From: an uncultured Bacteroidales bacterium | GTDB lineage: Bacteria; Bacteroidota; Bacteroidia; Bacteroidales; VadinHA17 | Reading direction: 5' to 3' | Length of the DNA stretch: 64,000 nucleotides | NCBI GenBank assembly: GCA_963743775.1 | Contig: CAVURA010000014.1 | Coordinates: forward strand, 129,758 to 193,757 | In this document: piece by piece, positions 17,400 to 25,748 of the stretch | Layout of the letters: every line of letters starts with the position of its first letter | How positions within the stretch are numbered: the stretch's first letter is position 1 | Translations under genes and position numbers: made by a program | Notes under the pieces: model-generated | What the model was told of the DNA's origin: nothing | Databases searched by the model: none | What the model saw: only the letters and a program-made list of their open reading frames with translations

Positions 17400-19547
17400 T
17401 CAAGCGTATATCTTCTTAAACGGAAGCATCATCACCACTTTTGTACCTGCAGCTTCATCTCCCTCATAGAGATCAATGATCTCATAACTTATCTGTTTCT
17501 CTTTCAGTATCTTTCTGAAGTGCTCCAACCTCTTCTCTGTCAGCTTGGTTGAGATTGACTGTTTCTTCATACCAGTGGTCATCTCCGATGCTTTATCCCT
17601 TCCGACACCATTGTCCGTCACCTCAAGCATCAGCAGTCCGTCCCTCAGCGAGTAACTGACGCTGACCCGGCCATTTTCCTTACCAGGTAGCAGCCCATGC
17701 TCAATGGAATTCTCAACACACGGCTGAGCCAGCATAGGGGGTACGGAGATGTTCTCCTGATCGATAGTCTGATCAACGCTGATATCATACTCAAATCCCT
17801 TTTCAAATCTCAGCTGCTGCACTTCGAGGTAAAGTCTCAGGGTCTCAATTTCTTTGTCAAGCGCTATATATTCCTCCCGGGAGTTCTCAAGTATGTTCCG
17901 CATCAGTCTGGATACCTTCGTCAGGAATGTGTTGGCCTTCTGGGGTTTGTCAGCCATGATAAGATCCTGGACAGCGCAAAGCGAATTAAAAATGAAATGT
18001 GGATTCATCTGCGTTCGTAGCAGCCTCTGTTCAAGATCAATGCGGGCATACTGAGCCCTGAGCTGATTGTGACGTATATAAAGCAAAGAGAACAAGGCCA
18101 GTAAGAGAAGCAGTATGAGGAGTCCTCTGAGATAAAGTCCCTGCTGCTGGATCTTACTCTCCTGTATCACTCTTTCCTGTTCGCGTGCAAATTCTGCTGT
18201 TTTTTCCTTCTTGTCAAAATCGTATTGTATCTCCATCCGTGTGACCTGCTTCAGGAATTCATCACTACTGATACTGTCTTTAAGCTGCATGTGCTCCCTG
18301 AGATACCTGTACGCCAGATCCTCCCTGCTTGTTTTACTGTAAATGTCGCTGAGAAGCAAAGATGCGTCAGAAACAACCAGTGGCATTTCTTTTTCCCTGC
18401 CTAGTGAATATGCCCTGAGGCCGTTTTCAGCTGCCAGCCGGTAGTTGCCAAGCGTTTGCTGTACGTTGCCTAATGTTATATAATATTCAGGAGGTATTGT
18501 CTGGTCAGTTCCGGATGCTATATCCATCGCACGTCTGATATACCAGTAAGCTGAATCAGGCTGCAACAGATGAAGCAATGTAGAGGCAATATTAAAACAG
18601 GCATTGGATTCTCCCGACGGATAGTTCATCTGTCTGTTCAATCCCAGACTTCGACGCTGGTAGATAAGGGCACTGTCATTGATGTTCCTTGAATTATATA
18701 TCTGCGCTATGGTATTGCATATCTTGCTTATCTCCCAGAGATCTCCTCGTTTTTCAGAGAGCGAGAGATGTTTCATGCTGTATTCAAGAGCCTTTTCATA
18801 GTCCTTCTGATAGTAATAAGCTAATCCTATGCTTCCGTAAGCGATTGACATACCACTGGAATCGCCTTTTAATTCCCAGAGACGAAGTGCCTCAAAATAG
18901 GTATCGATTGCCTGGCTGAACAGAGCCATCTCCTTGTAGATGTTACCAAGGTCATTTGTGGCATCAGCAAGCGGAAGGGTGTCTTTTACATCTTTTGCGG
19001 TCGCGATTGCTCTTTCTACATATGTCTTTGCCAGTTCGAGGTCCTGTTGTTTTCTGGCAAGATAAGAAAGAGCGTTCAGGCTGTTTATCATACCGCGGTG
19101 GTCACTTGCATCTTCAAAATAATCAAGTGCCAGGGTACTGTATTTTTTTGAGGTGGGATAATCGCTTTTAAAGCTGTAAACATATGCCAGTCCGTAACAT
19201 GCACGGGCCTTACCAATAATATCACCGGTCTCTTCATAGATCGAAAGTGCCTGTTCATTGTAAAAACGGGCGCTGTCGCCATTATTATATTTTGCCAGGT
19301 ACGCCATTCCCAGAGCCAGGGAGGCATCGGCAATGCCTTTCCGGAAGTTGACCGGGCGGGAGGTGCTCAAAGCCTGATGAGCGAGTAATATTGACACATC
19401 AGGATTACGTCTTGCTTCCTGGTAAGCAGTCTTAGTCTGTTTATTGATTTCTGCAGTATCAGGTTTTTCCTGCAATGCTCCGGCTGCTTCTGTCAGTGGA
19501 AGAAGTAAAAAAGTAATAATCACCAGAGAAACACTCGCAGCAGTCAT
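17400..19547 (-). CDS. TPR-repeat sensor histidine kinase (LytS/His_kinase type)
   Basis: Signal or anchor, then about 400 aa of TPR repeats, one TM helix, the NPHFIFNSL His-kinase box and a HATPase domain. It sits 18 nt upstream of the LytTR regulator. Confidence 0.85.
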   Translation of the reverse strand: MTAASVSLVIITFLLLPLTEAAGALQEKPDTAEINKQTKTAYQEARRNPDVSILLAHQALSTSRPVNFRKGIADASLALGMAYLAKYNNGDSARFYNEQALSIYEETGDIIGKARACYGLAYVYSFKSDYPTSKKYSTLALDYFEDASDHRGMINSLNALSYLARKQQDLELAKTYVERAIATAKDVKDTLPLADATNDLGNIYKEMALFSQAIDTYFEALRLWELKGDSSGMSIAYGSIGLAYYYQKDYEKALEYSMKHLSLSEKRGDLWEISKICNTIAQIYNSRNINDSALIYQRRSLGLNRQMNYPSGESNACFNIASTLLHLLQPDSAYWYIRRAMDIASGTDQTIPPEYYITLGNVQQTLGNYRLAAENGLRAYSLGREKEMPLVVSDASLLLSDIYSKTSREDLAYRYLREHMQLKDSISSDEFLKQVTRMEIQYDFDKKEKTAEFAREQERVIQESKIQQQGLYLRGLLILLLLLALFSLLYIRHNQLRAQYARIDLEQRLLRTQMNPHFIFNSLCAVQDLIMADKPQKANTFLTKVSRLMRNILENSREEYIALDKEIETLRLYLEVQQLRFEKGFEYDISVDQTIDQENISVPPMLAQPCVENSIEHGLLPGKENGRVSVSYSLRDGLLMLEVTDNGVGRDKASEMTTGMKKQSISTKLTEKRLEHFRKILKEKQISYEIIDLYEGDEAAGTKVVMMLPFKKIYA

Positions 19548-19616
19548 CGTTGCAGATGTTGTTAAGGATCAGAAAACTAATTTAAATAAAAAAGCTGTTC
19601 AGGGCAAATAAAAGAT

Positions 19617-20336
19617 TCAGAAGGAGATAAACTCAGCTCTTAATCTCAGGGCGTCTATCTGGAGGAGGCGACCGGCGAGGATATCGCCTGCACCTGTGAT
19701 GATCTTGATTACCTCGCATGCCTGTACGGAACCTATAATGCCTGGCAGCGCTCCTATGACGCCAGGAGGATTGGCCTGGTTGTCGCCTGACAGGTGCATC
19801 TCTTCGGGGAAGAGATCCTTGTATGATAGTCCTCCATTATAATTGAACACCGAAGCCTGTCCCATGAACTGATAAACAGCTCCATACACCATTGGAATGC
19901 CTGCTTCGTTAGTGGCGTCGCTGAGCAGATAACGTGTTGCGAAGTTGTCGCTGCAATCGACAGCAATGTCATAGCCGGCCAGAATATCCGGTGCGTTTTC
20001 CACAGTAAGTCTTATCGGGTATGAAATTACCCTGATCAGGGGGTTAAGTAGGGAGATCCTTTCGGCAGCTGCATCAGCCTTCACCCTCCCTATGTCTCCG
20101 GTGACGTAAAGTACCTGCCTTTGCAGATTGCTTATGCTGACCGTATCAGAGTCTATGATGCCAATTGTACCAACTCCGGCGGCCGCCAGGTACATCAGGA
20201 CTGGCGAACCTAGTCCGCCGGCACCGGTAATAACAACCCGGGCCTGCTTAAGCTTTTCCTGTCCTGCCTCACCCACGGCAGGAATGATAAGCTGTCGCTG
20301 ATAGCGGTCTTGTTCATCTTTTGTAAGGGCGGTCAT
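19617..20336 (-). CDS. ThiF/MoeB/HesA-family E1-like adenylyltransferase
   Basis: RYQRQLIIP, GAGGLGSP nucleotide loop, and the DxD/R pattern. It lacks the CxxC zinc pairs, reading GGLSYKDLFPE where MoeB has PCYRCLFPE. Confidence 0.8.
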   Translation of the reverse strand: MTALTKDEQDRYQRQLIIPAVGEAGQEKLKQARVVITGAGGLGSPVLMYLAAAGVGTIGIIDSDTVSISNLQRQVLYVTGDIGRVKADAAAERISLLNPLIRVISYPIRLTVENAPDILAGYDIAVDCSDNFATRYLLSDATNEAGIPMVYGAVYQFMGQASVFNYNGGLSYKDLFPEEMHLSGDNQANPPGVIGALPGIIGSVQACEVIKIITGAGDILAGRLLQIDALRLRAEFISF

Positions 20337-20480
20337 TGTTTCTCCTGATTACAACTGCTAACTTAAAAAAATAAAACGGAATAAGGCAGATTAATGACAC
20401 AGAAGACGATCAGGAGTGGTAACGATTAAAAAATGGTACAGTATTTGTGCCATTTCACTGCCAACTAACCCTTTTAAGTC

Positions 20481-21731
20481 ATGAAAAACACCATGTTTAG
20501 CCTTATATTAATAATGATTTCAGGCTTATTCGGATCAATGACTTCATGTGAAAAAACAAAGCTGAGTGCACCTCCCGGCGACCCGGTTCCTATAGAACTG
20601 TCGCTCAAGCAGAAGGAGGTGATTGTTTCGGCTAACAAGTTTGCCTTCGATCTCTTTGTACCCATAATAACTGAGAAAAAAGGAGCGGAGAATATCATGA
20701 TCTCACCCTTCAGCATCACCAGTGCACTTTCAATGACCCTCAACGGAGCGGGAGGAGAGACGTTTGACGCTATGAAATCCGGTCTGCGCTATGACGGCCA
20801 GACCATTGAGGAGATCAATGATACATATCTTAAGCTCATAAAAGATATGGTGCCGGTCGATTCGAGGGTAATTATGGAAATAGCCAACTCGGTATGGGTT
20901 GAGAAGAAGCTTACTGTCAAGCAGCCGTTCATGACTGCTCTTGAGACATACTATCTTGCCGAAGCCAGAAGCTTTGATGTTACGGACAACGGTGCAGTCA
21001 ATGTTATCAATGGCTGGATAGAGGATAAAACACATGACAAGATTCAGAAAATGCTTGAGACGCTGGATCCGGACCTTGCCATGCTTCTGATCAATGCTGT
21101 TTACTTCAACGGCAAATGGAGAAATCAGTTTGACAAGGATGATACACATGACTTGCCGTTCTATGTAACCCCTGATGCGCCGGCACAGGTTCCAATGATG
21201 TATCAGAAAGAGAAATTTGCTATAGCGGGTACGGAGAAGGCTACACTTGTTGAGCTGCCGTACGGACAGGGCAACTATTCAATGGTGGTCATGCTGCCTG
21301 ATGAAGGTGTATCACTCGAAGAAGTGGCTGGCGAACTCAATCCGGAGAACTGGGTGCAGTGGATGGAATACCTTTCTAACGGAACCACAGAGGTGGAGCT
21401 CAGTCTGCCAAAATTTAAATATGAATTCAAGCGGAAGCTGAATGACGACCTGAAGAACCTCGGTATGGGAATTGCATTTGAACCTTTCGTTGCTGATTTC
21501 AGCAACATAAGTGACCAGGGCCTTTTCATCTCATACGTGCTGCACCAGACATTCATCGAAACGAATGAAGAGGGGACGGAAGCCGCCGCCGCAACCGTAG
21601 TAGGTATAAGCCTGACCTCAATGCCTCCGCAGCCGCAGATCATAAATATCAATCGCCCGTTTCTTTATTTTATAAGGGAAACGACTACCGGAACGATTGT
21701 GTTTATGGGTCAGGTGGTGGATCCGAGATAA
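20481..21731 (+). CDS. Serpin (lipoprotein-type signal), inhibitory-type hinge
   Basis: Lipobox ...GSMTSC. Serpin core with hinge EEGTEAAAATVV and NRPFLYFIRE...GQVVDP. Confidence 0.85.
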   Translation: MKNTMFSLILIMISGLFGSMTSCEKTKLSAPPGDPVPIELSLKQKEVIVSANKFAFDLFVPIITEKKGAENIMISPFSITSALSMTLNGAGGETFDAMKSGLRYDGQTIEEINDTYLKLIKDMVPVDSRVIMEIANSVWVEKKLTVKQPFMTALETYYLAEARSFDVTDNGAVNVINGWIEDKTHDKIQKMLETLDPDLAMLLINAVYFNGKWRNQFDKDDTHDLPFYVTPDAPAQVPMMYQKEKFAIAGTEKATLVELPYGQGNYSMVVMLPDEGVSLEEVAGELNPENWVQWMEYLSNGTTEVELSLPKFKYEFKRKLNDDLKNLGMGIAFEPFVADFSNISDQGLFISYVLHQTFIETNEEGTEAAAATVVGISLTSMPPQPQIININRPFLYFIRETTTGTIVFMGQVVDPR

Positions 21732-21734
21732 TTG

Positions 21735-22802
21735 TTATTTACTACCCTGGTATTCTTTCAGGAGTGACTGGAAGACTTCTTTAACAGAATATATTCTTGT
21801 CGACCTGAATGCATTTGCACCGGCAAAAGCAAAACCATGTTCAAAATTTCCTTTTAAGGCGTTCATCAGAGCAACGATGATGCAATAAGGGCTTTTTGAA
21901 ATGTCACAGGTCTTAATGCACTTGAACGGACATTTCGCAGGTTGTTTCTTCCCGGCCTTTACCTTTTCGATAAAACTGCTCAGGATTGCACGCCCAGGCA
22001 TTCCTACCGGGCTCTTTATAATCTCAATGTCTTTTTCCTCTGCGTCTATATAGGTCTGCTTGAAGGCGGCGGAGGCATCACATTCATCGGTTGTGACAAA
22101 CCTTGTTCCCATCTGCACACCTGACGCCCCAAGCTCCATAATATCATGGATGTCCTGCCCGGTATAAATCCCGCCTGCGGCAATGAGGGGGATCTTCTGA
22201 TTGTACTTGTCTTCAAATGTCTTTAACTCAGCCACAATATCCGGTACGAGCATCTCGAGTGTGAAGTTGTTGTCAGCTATTTGTTCTTCCTTAAAGCCGA
22301 GGTGACCCCCTGCCTTAGGACCTTCAACAATAACAGCATCGGGCAGGTAGTCGTAGTTTGATTTCCACTTCTCGCAAATTATTTTCGCAGCCCTGGCAGA
22401 TGAGACGATGGGGACGAGCTTTGTAGTGCTGTCCTTTTTCAGGAACGAGGGCATATCGAGCGGCAGTCCCGCCCCTGCGATAAGAATGTCGATTTTTTCC
22501 GCAATGGCTGTCTTTACCATATCGGCAAAATTTGTCATGGCTACCATTACATTGACACCAATAATGCCTTTGGTCTTTTCTCTCGCTCTTCTGATCTCCT
22601 CCTTTAGCCCCTCCATACTTGCTTCCAGAAAATTCCCTGAAAGATCCTTGTATAGCAGGCCGAGGCCTGCACTTGAAATGACTCCTACGCCACCTTCATT
22701 GGCAACAGCAGCAGCCAGTCCCGACAGTGAAATACCCACACCCATGCCACCCTGTATTACCGGAATAGCAATCACAAGGTTCCCGATTTTCAATGATTTC
22801 AC
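21735..22802 (-). CDS. NAD(P)H-dependent flavin oxidoreductase, nitronate monooxygenase/FabK family
   Basis: PVIQGGMGVG, GGHLG and AAGGI motifs of the NMO/FabK TIM-barrel family. Confidence 0.75.
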   Translation of the reverse strand: MKSLKIGNLVIAIPVIQGGMGVGISLSGLAAAVANEGGVGVISSAGLGLLYKDLSGNFLEASMEGLKEEIRRAREKTKGIIGVNVMVAMTNFADMVKTAIAEKIDILIAGAGLPLDMPSFLKKDSTTKLVPIVSSARAAKIICEKWKSNYDYLPDAVIVEGPKAGGHLGFKEEQIADNNFTLEMLVPDIVAELKTFEDKYNQKIPLIAAGGIYTGQDIHDIMELGASGVQMGTRFVTTDECDASAAFKQTYIDAEEKDIEIIKSPVGMPGRAILSSFIEKVKAGKKQPAKCPFKCIKTCDISKSPYCIIVALMNALKGNFEHGFAFAGANAFRSTRIYSVKEVFQSLLKEYQGSK

Positions 22803-22949
22803 GTTATAATTTATTGATTAGGTGGCTAATGTATTGTTTAAATGTCACAGTCAGCGGTTATACCGATAATTATCATAAGATTATGATGCAGATATAACTA
22901 ATTTTAACCATGTGAATGAATATCCGGCGGTTTAAGTTACTTTACACCT

Positions 22950-23846
22950 ATGAACCTGACCTATATCGATTTACTTGTGAGCGGTGTGCTGGCCACAATC
23001 ATGTTTGGCGTGGGGCTTTCAATAAACCTGAAGGACCTCAGAAATATTCTGCACTCACCCAGACCTTTCTGGCTGGGTCTCTTTGCCCAGATGATCCTTC
23101 TCCCCGTCATTGCATTCGCGGTAATTTATTTTACCGATATGCCGCCTGCATTAAAGGTCGGGTTTATTATCCTCGCCGCCTGCCCGGGAGGCACAACATC
23201 AGGATTTATCACGGTTCTTTACAGGGGTAATGTCGCGCTTTCGGTTGCACTCACAACCATTAACAGTCTACTTACACTTTTCACCATACCCTTGCTTGTA
23301 AATCTTGCACTTACAATATATCTTGGCAGACACTCACCTTTTAATCTTCCATTCCTGGAAACATTCCTGCAGATCTTTCTTGTTACATTACTGCCGGCGG
23401 CAACAGGAGTTTTTTTAAGACACAGATATGACCGGCTGGCAGACAAAATCCAGAAGCCGGTAAAAACAGCCATGATAATTTTATTTGCAGGAGTGTACTC
23501 ACTTATCGCTTTTGCCGACGAATCAAAAGGAGGCTCAGGTATCAGGCTGGCGGAAGCCATAGAGATATTTCCCTACGCACTGTTGATCAATCTCCTTGGA
23601 TTCATTGCAGGACTGGGGATGGGAGTGATGTGGAGAACAGGCTTACGGTCGTCATTCACAATGGGCATTGAAGTAGCATTGCAGAACACAACACTGGCTC
23701 TTCTTGTTGCCGGAACAATACTGCAGAGCAATGAGATGGTAAAACCTGCGTTGGTCTATGCCCTCTTCTCATTCTGGACTGCTCTGATTTATGGGATTGT
23801 TGTCAAGAAGTATAATAAAGCGAAGCTGTTCGGTGAGTTCAGGTGA
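22950..23846 (+). CDS. Bile acid:sodium symporter (BASS) family transporter
   Basis: About 9-10 TM helices. ACPGGTTS and (E)xALQN signature segments. Confidence 0.75.
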   Translation: MNLTYIDLLVSGVLATIMFGVGLSINLKDLRNILHSPRPFWLGLFAQMILLPVIAFAVIYFTDMPPALKVGFIILAACPGGTTSGFITVLYRGNVALSVALTTINSLLTLFTIPLLVNLALTIYLGRHSPFNLPFLETFLQIFLVTLLPAATGVFLRHRYDRLADKIQKPVKTAMIILFAGVYSLIAFADESKGGSGIRLAEAIEIFPYALLINLLGFIAGLGMGVMWRTGLRSSFTMGIEVALQNTTLALLVAGTILQSNEMVKPALVYALFSFWTALIYGIVVKKYNKAKLFGEFR

Positions 23847-23850
23847 GGAC

Positions 23851-24277
23851 TTAGTGCCCTGTACTCTTTGAGTAGTTCAATCCCATCAGGTCAAACCGCT
23901 CCGTCAACCCTGGGAGCCTGGTATTGAAATTCTCCCAGTTTCTGCTCTCCGGTACTGACCACAGCACTTCCGACAAGGCAGTCAGGCGGGGATATTTTTT
24001 AATTTCAATCCGCCATCCCTGGTCATCAACAAGATGCCAGTGAAAGACATTCATCTTATGCATGGCGAGGATATCGATATATCTTTTTATGAAGTCTACA
24101 TCAAAAAAGTGCCGGCTGACATCGAGGTGCATGCCTCTCCAGGCAAACCTCGGGTAGTCTGTCACTGCATGCGTGGAAGAAAACGCTCAATGCCAGAATG
24201 GGAAGAATTGGATTTGTCTTCATAGATCTTAAATCGGTATTCCTTGTCCTTAAAATCAAGCCTATTGGTGCAGAAGC
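23851..24277 (-). pseudogene. Remnant of a GH20 beta-N-acetylhexosaminidase
   Basis: The 104-aa ORF has the start of the GH20 catalytic barrel (PRFAWRGMHLDVSRHFF...FHWHLVDDQGWRIEIKKYPRLT). It then joins directly to a C-terminal ALSEVLWS segment, so the roughly 250-aa core with the catalytic D-E is missing. Upstream sequence (24170-24277) carries GH20b-like residues in another frame and is closed by a stop. Confidence 0.7.
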
Positions 24278-25615
24278 TCAATTAATCACCTCAATATCAA
24301 ATATTTCGTGCCTATCGAACTGCAGCCAGTATTTTATTGAATTCTGCCTGACAAGCTCCCAGTAAATGTCAGAGTCAAGACCGTTGACGAAGTTGATCTC
24401 TTTCAGCTCGGAAGAGACTTTCTCTGCAAGTTCTTTTTTCAGGGTGATGCGGATTGTTTTGCCCTTGTGTGTAAAATCAGCTGCGGGGAAGAAAGGTGTT
24501 TCAGTGCTGACAGTAAGCAGTCCGTGACCGGGTGTGGCTCCGGTACTTACCTGTACGCCATCGTTCATGCAGCTGAGGGGCGGGACGCTGCCGGCATGGG
24601 AGGTCACGCTCATCTCATCAACGCCGGTGCAGAAATATTCACGGGCACGGATACCCATCTTTACGCCTATGATGGCAAAGACACCGAGGTGCCTGTGAAG
24701 CTCATTGGCAATAACTCCGGAAGTCCACTCATCTTCACCGTATTTGTTGCGAATCTCCGTCACATTTCGCTGCAGGTCAGTCATATAAAAGGATGTGTCT
24801 GCCGGCATGGTTTTTATTACCTGCATCTTCCTGATTGTCTCGCCTTTTAGGATCGTTACGGTTGCCTGTCTCAATTCAGAGAGGTCAGCCGGGTACCAGT
24901 AACTGTTTTTACCGTCTGCCGGTGAGGCGGTGAACAGTGAAGGAAAGTGCAGCAGTAAAGGCACCATATCATCATAGGCAGTGAAGACAAATGAGTGTGC
25001 AGTCCTGGCTTTGATAAGACTGTACACTGTTTGGGCATACGGTGTTTTTATCTCACTTATTTCACCGAGAAGAGCATCATCATAAAATGCTTCACCTCCC
25101 CTTCCTGTAACGCTCACGGGCAGGGGTCCATTAAGTACTTCCTCAACAGCCTCGGGAGCTGTCTTGAAGTTAAACCCCTCTTCACCGGGGAGGCTCTCAT
25201 TACTCCAGATTATCCGTTTTACTTTTGTTGTGAACGACGGAACTCCCTCCATTGCTTCTGCTGCCGTTTTCAGCGACCCCAGGGCAATAAACGTCACCGG
25301 TGATGTCTCTCCGTTAAGGCGCTCTTCGATGAGACTTATAGCTTCTGGGCCGTATGCCATGGGAAGTCCCTCATGCCAAAGGCTGTCGAGCATGGTCCTG
25401 ACCATTTTGTATGCCTCGGGTGATTTATGAAATCCGTCAGACACTGTGATTGCAAGTATCCTTACATCGGGTGAGGCCAGCAGCAGACAAATCGCTTTCC
25501 GGTCATCAACCCCTCCGTCGGTGTCAATGATGACATAATGTCTTGGTTTCCACGGATGTGCGGAAAGGGATGCAAGTATAAACAAAAGTATAAAAGCAAA
25601 TGTTGCTCTTTTCAT
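24278..25615 (-). CDS. Secreted fusion: nucleoside hydrolase (IUNH)-like domain plus FmdE-like domain
   Basis: Starts at the ATG at 25615 (MKRATFAFILLFILASLSA signal). IIDTDGGVDD matches the IUNH DxDxxxDD motif. The C-terminal SCMNDGVQVSTGATPGHGLL matches the FmdE CxxD(A/G)xQxxTGxTxGxGNL pattern. Confidence 0.6.
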   Translation of the reverse strand: MKRATFAFILLFILASLSAHPWKPRHYVIIDTDGGVDDRKAICLLLASPDVRILAITVSDGFHKSPEAYKMVRTMLDSLWHEGLPMAYGPEAISLIEERLNGETSPVTFIALGSLKTAAEAMEGVPSFTTKVKRIIWSNESLPGEEGFNFKTAPEAVEEVLNGPLPVSVTGRGGEAFYDDALLGEISEIKTPYAQTVYSLIKARTAHSFVFTAYDDMVPLLLHFPSLFTASPADGKNSYWYPADLSELRQATVTILKGETIRKMQVIKTMPADTSFYMTDLQRNVTEIRNKYGEDEWTSGVIANELHRHLGVFAIIGVKMGIRAREYFCTGVDEMSVTSHAGSVPPLSCMNDGVQVSTGATPGHGLLTVSTETPFFPAADFTHKGKTIRITLKKELAEKVSSELKEINFVNGLDSDIYWELVRQNSIKYWLQFDRHEIFDIEVIN

Positions 25616-25629
25616 CTGATACGTTTTTC

Positions 25630-25637
25630 CAAATGTA
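25630..25637 (-). promoter_or_regulatory. Candidate -7 box (TACATTTG)
   Basis: Exact TAnnTTTG 15 nt upstream of the ATG at 25615. This supports the shorter start. Confidence 0.35.
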
Positions 25638-25748
25638 ATAATTAAACTGTTTCCGGAGACTGAAAGGCATATTACATGCCGCAATCCGACCTGAAGAGAG
25701 ATTTCATCAATCTTTTTTTATTATCTTGACCACAGCAATTTTTAATAT

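Noticed and set aside
20474-20743. 89-aa antisense ORF at the 5' end of the serpin gene, and similar antisense ORFs throughout the track
   Set aside because: They overlap well-supported genes on the opposite strand and have no motif support.
25616-25684. Longer ORF-track starts for the IUNH-FmdE gene (25684), cstA (53368) and the SRPBCC gene (47101)
   Set aside because: In the first two cases an exact TAnnTTTG box lies inside the extension, 15-22 nt upstream of the internal ATG. The internal starts also give a proper signal peptide or conserved N-terminus. The SRPBCC case is less certain and is discussed under the G9 tract.
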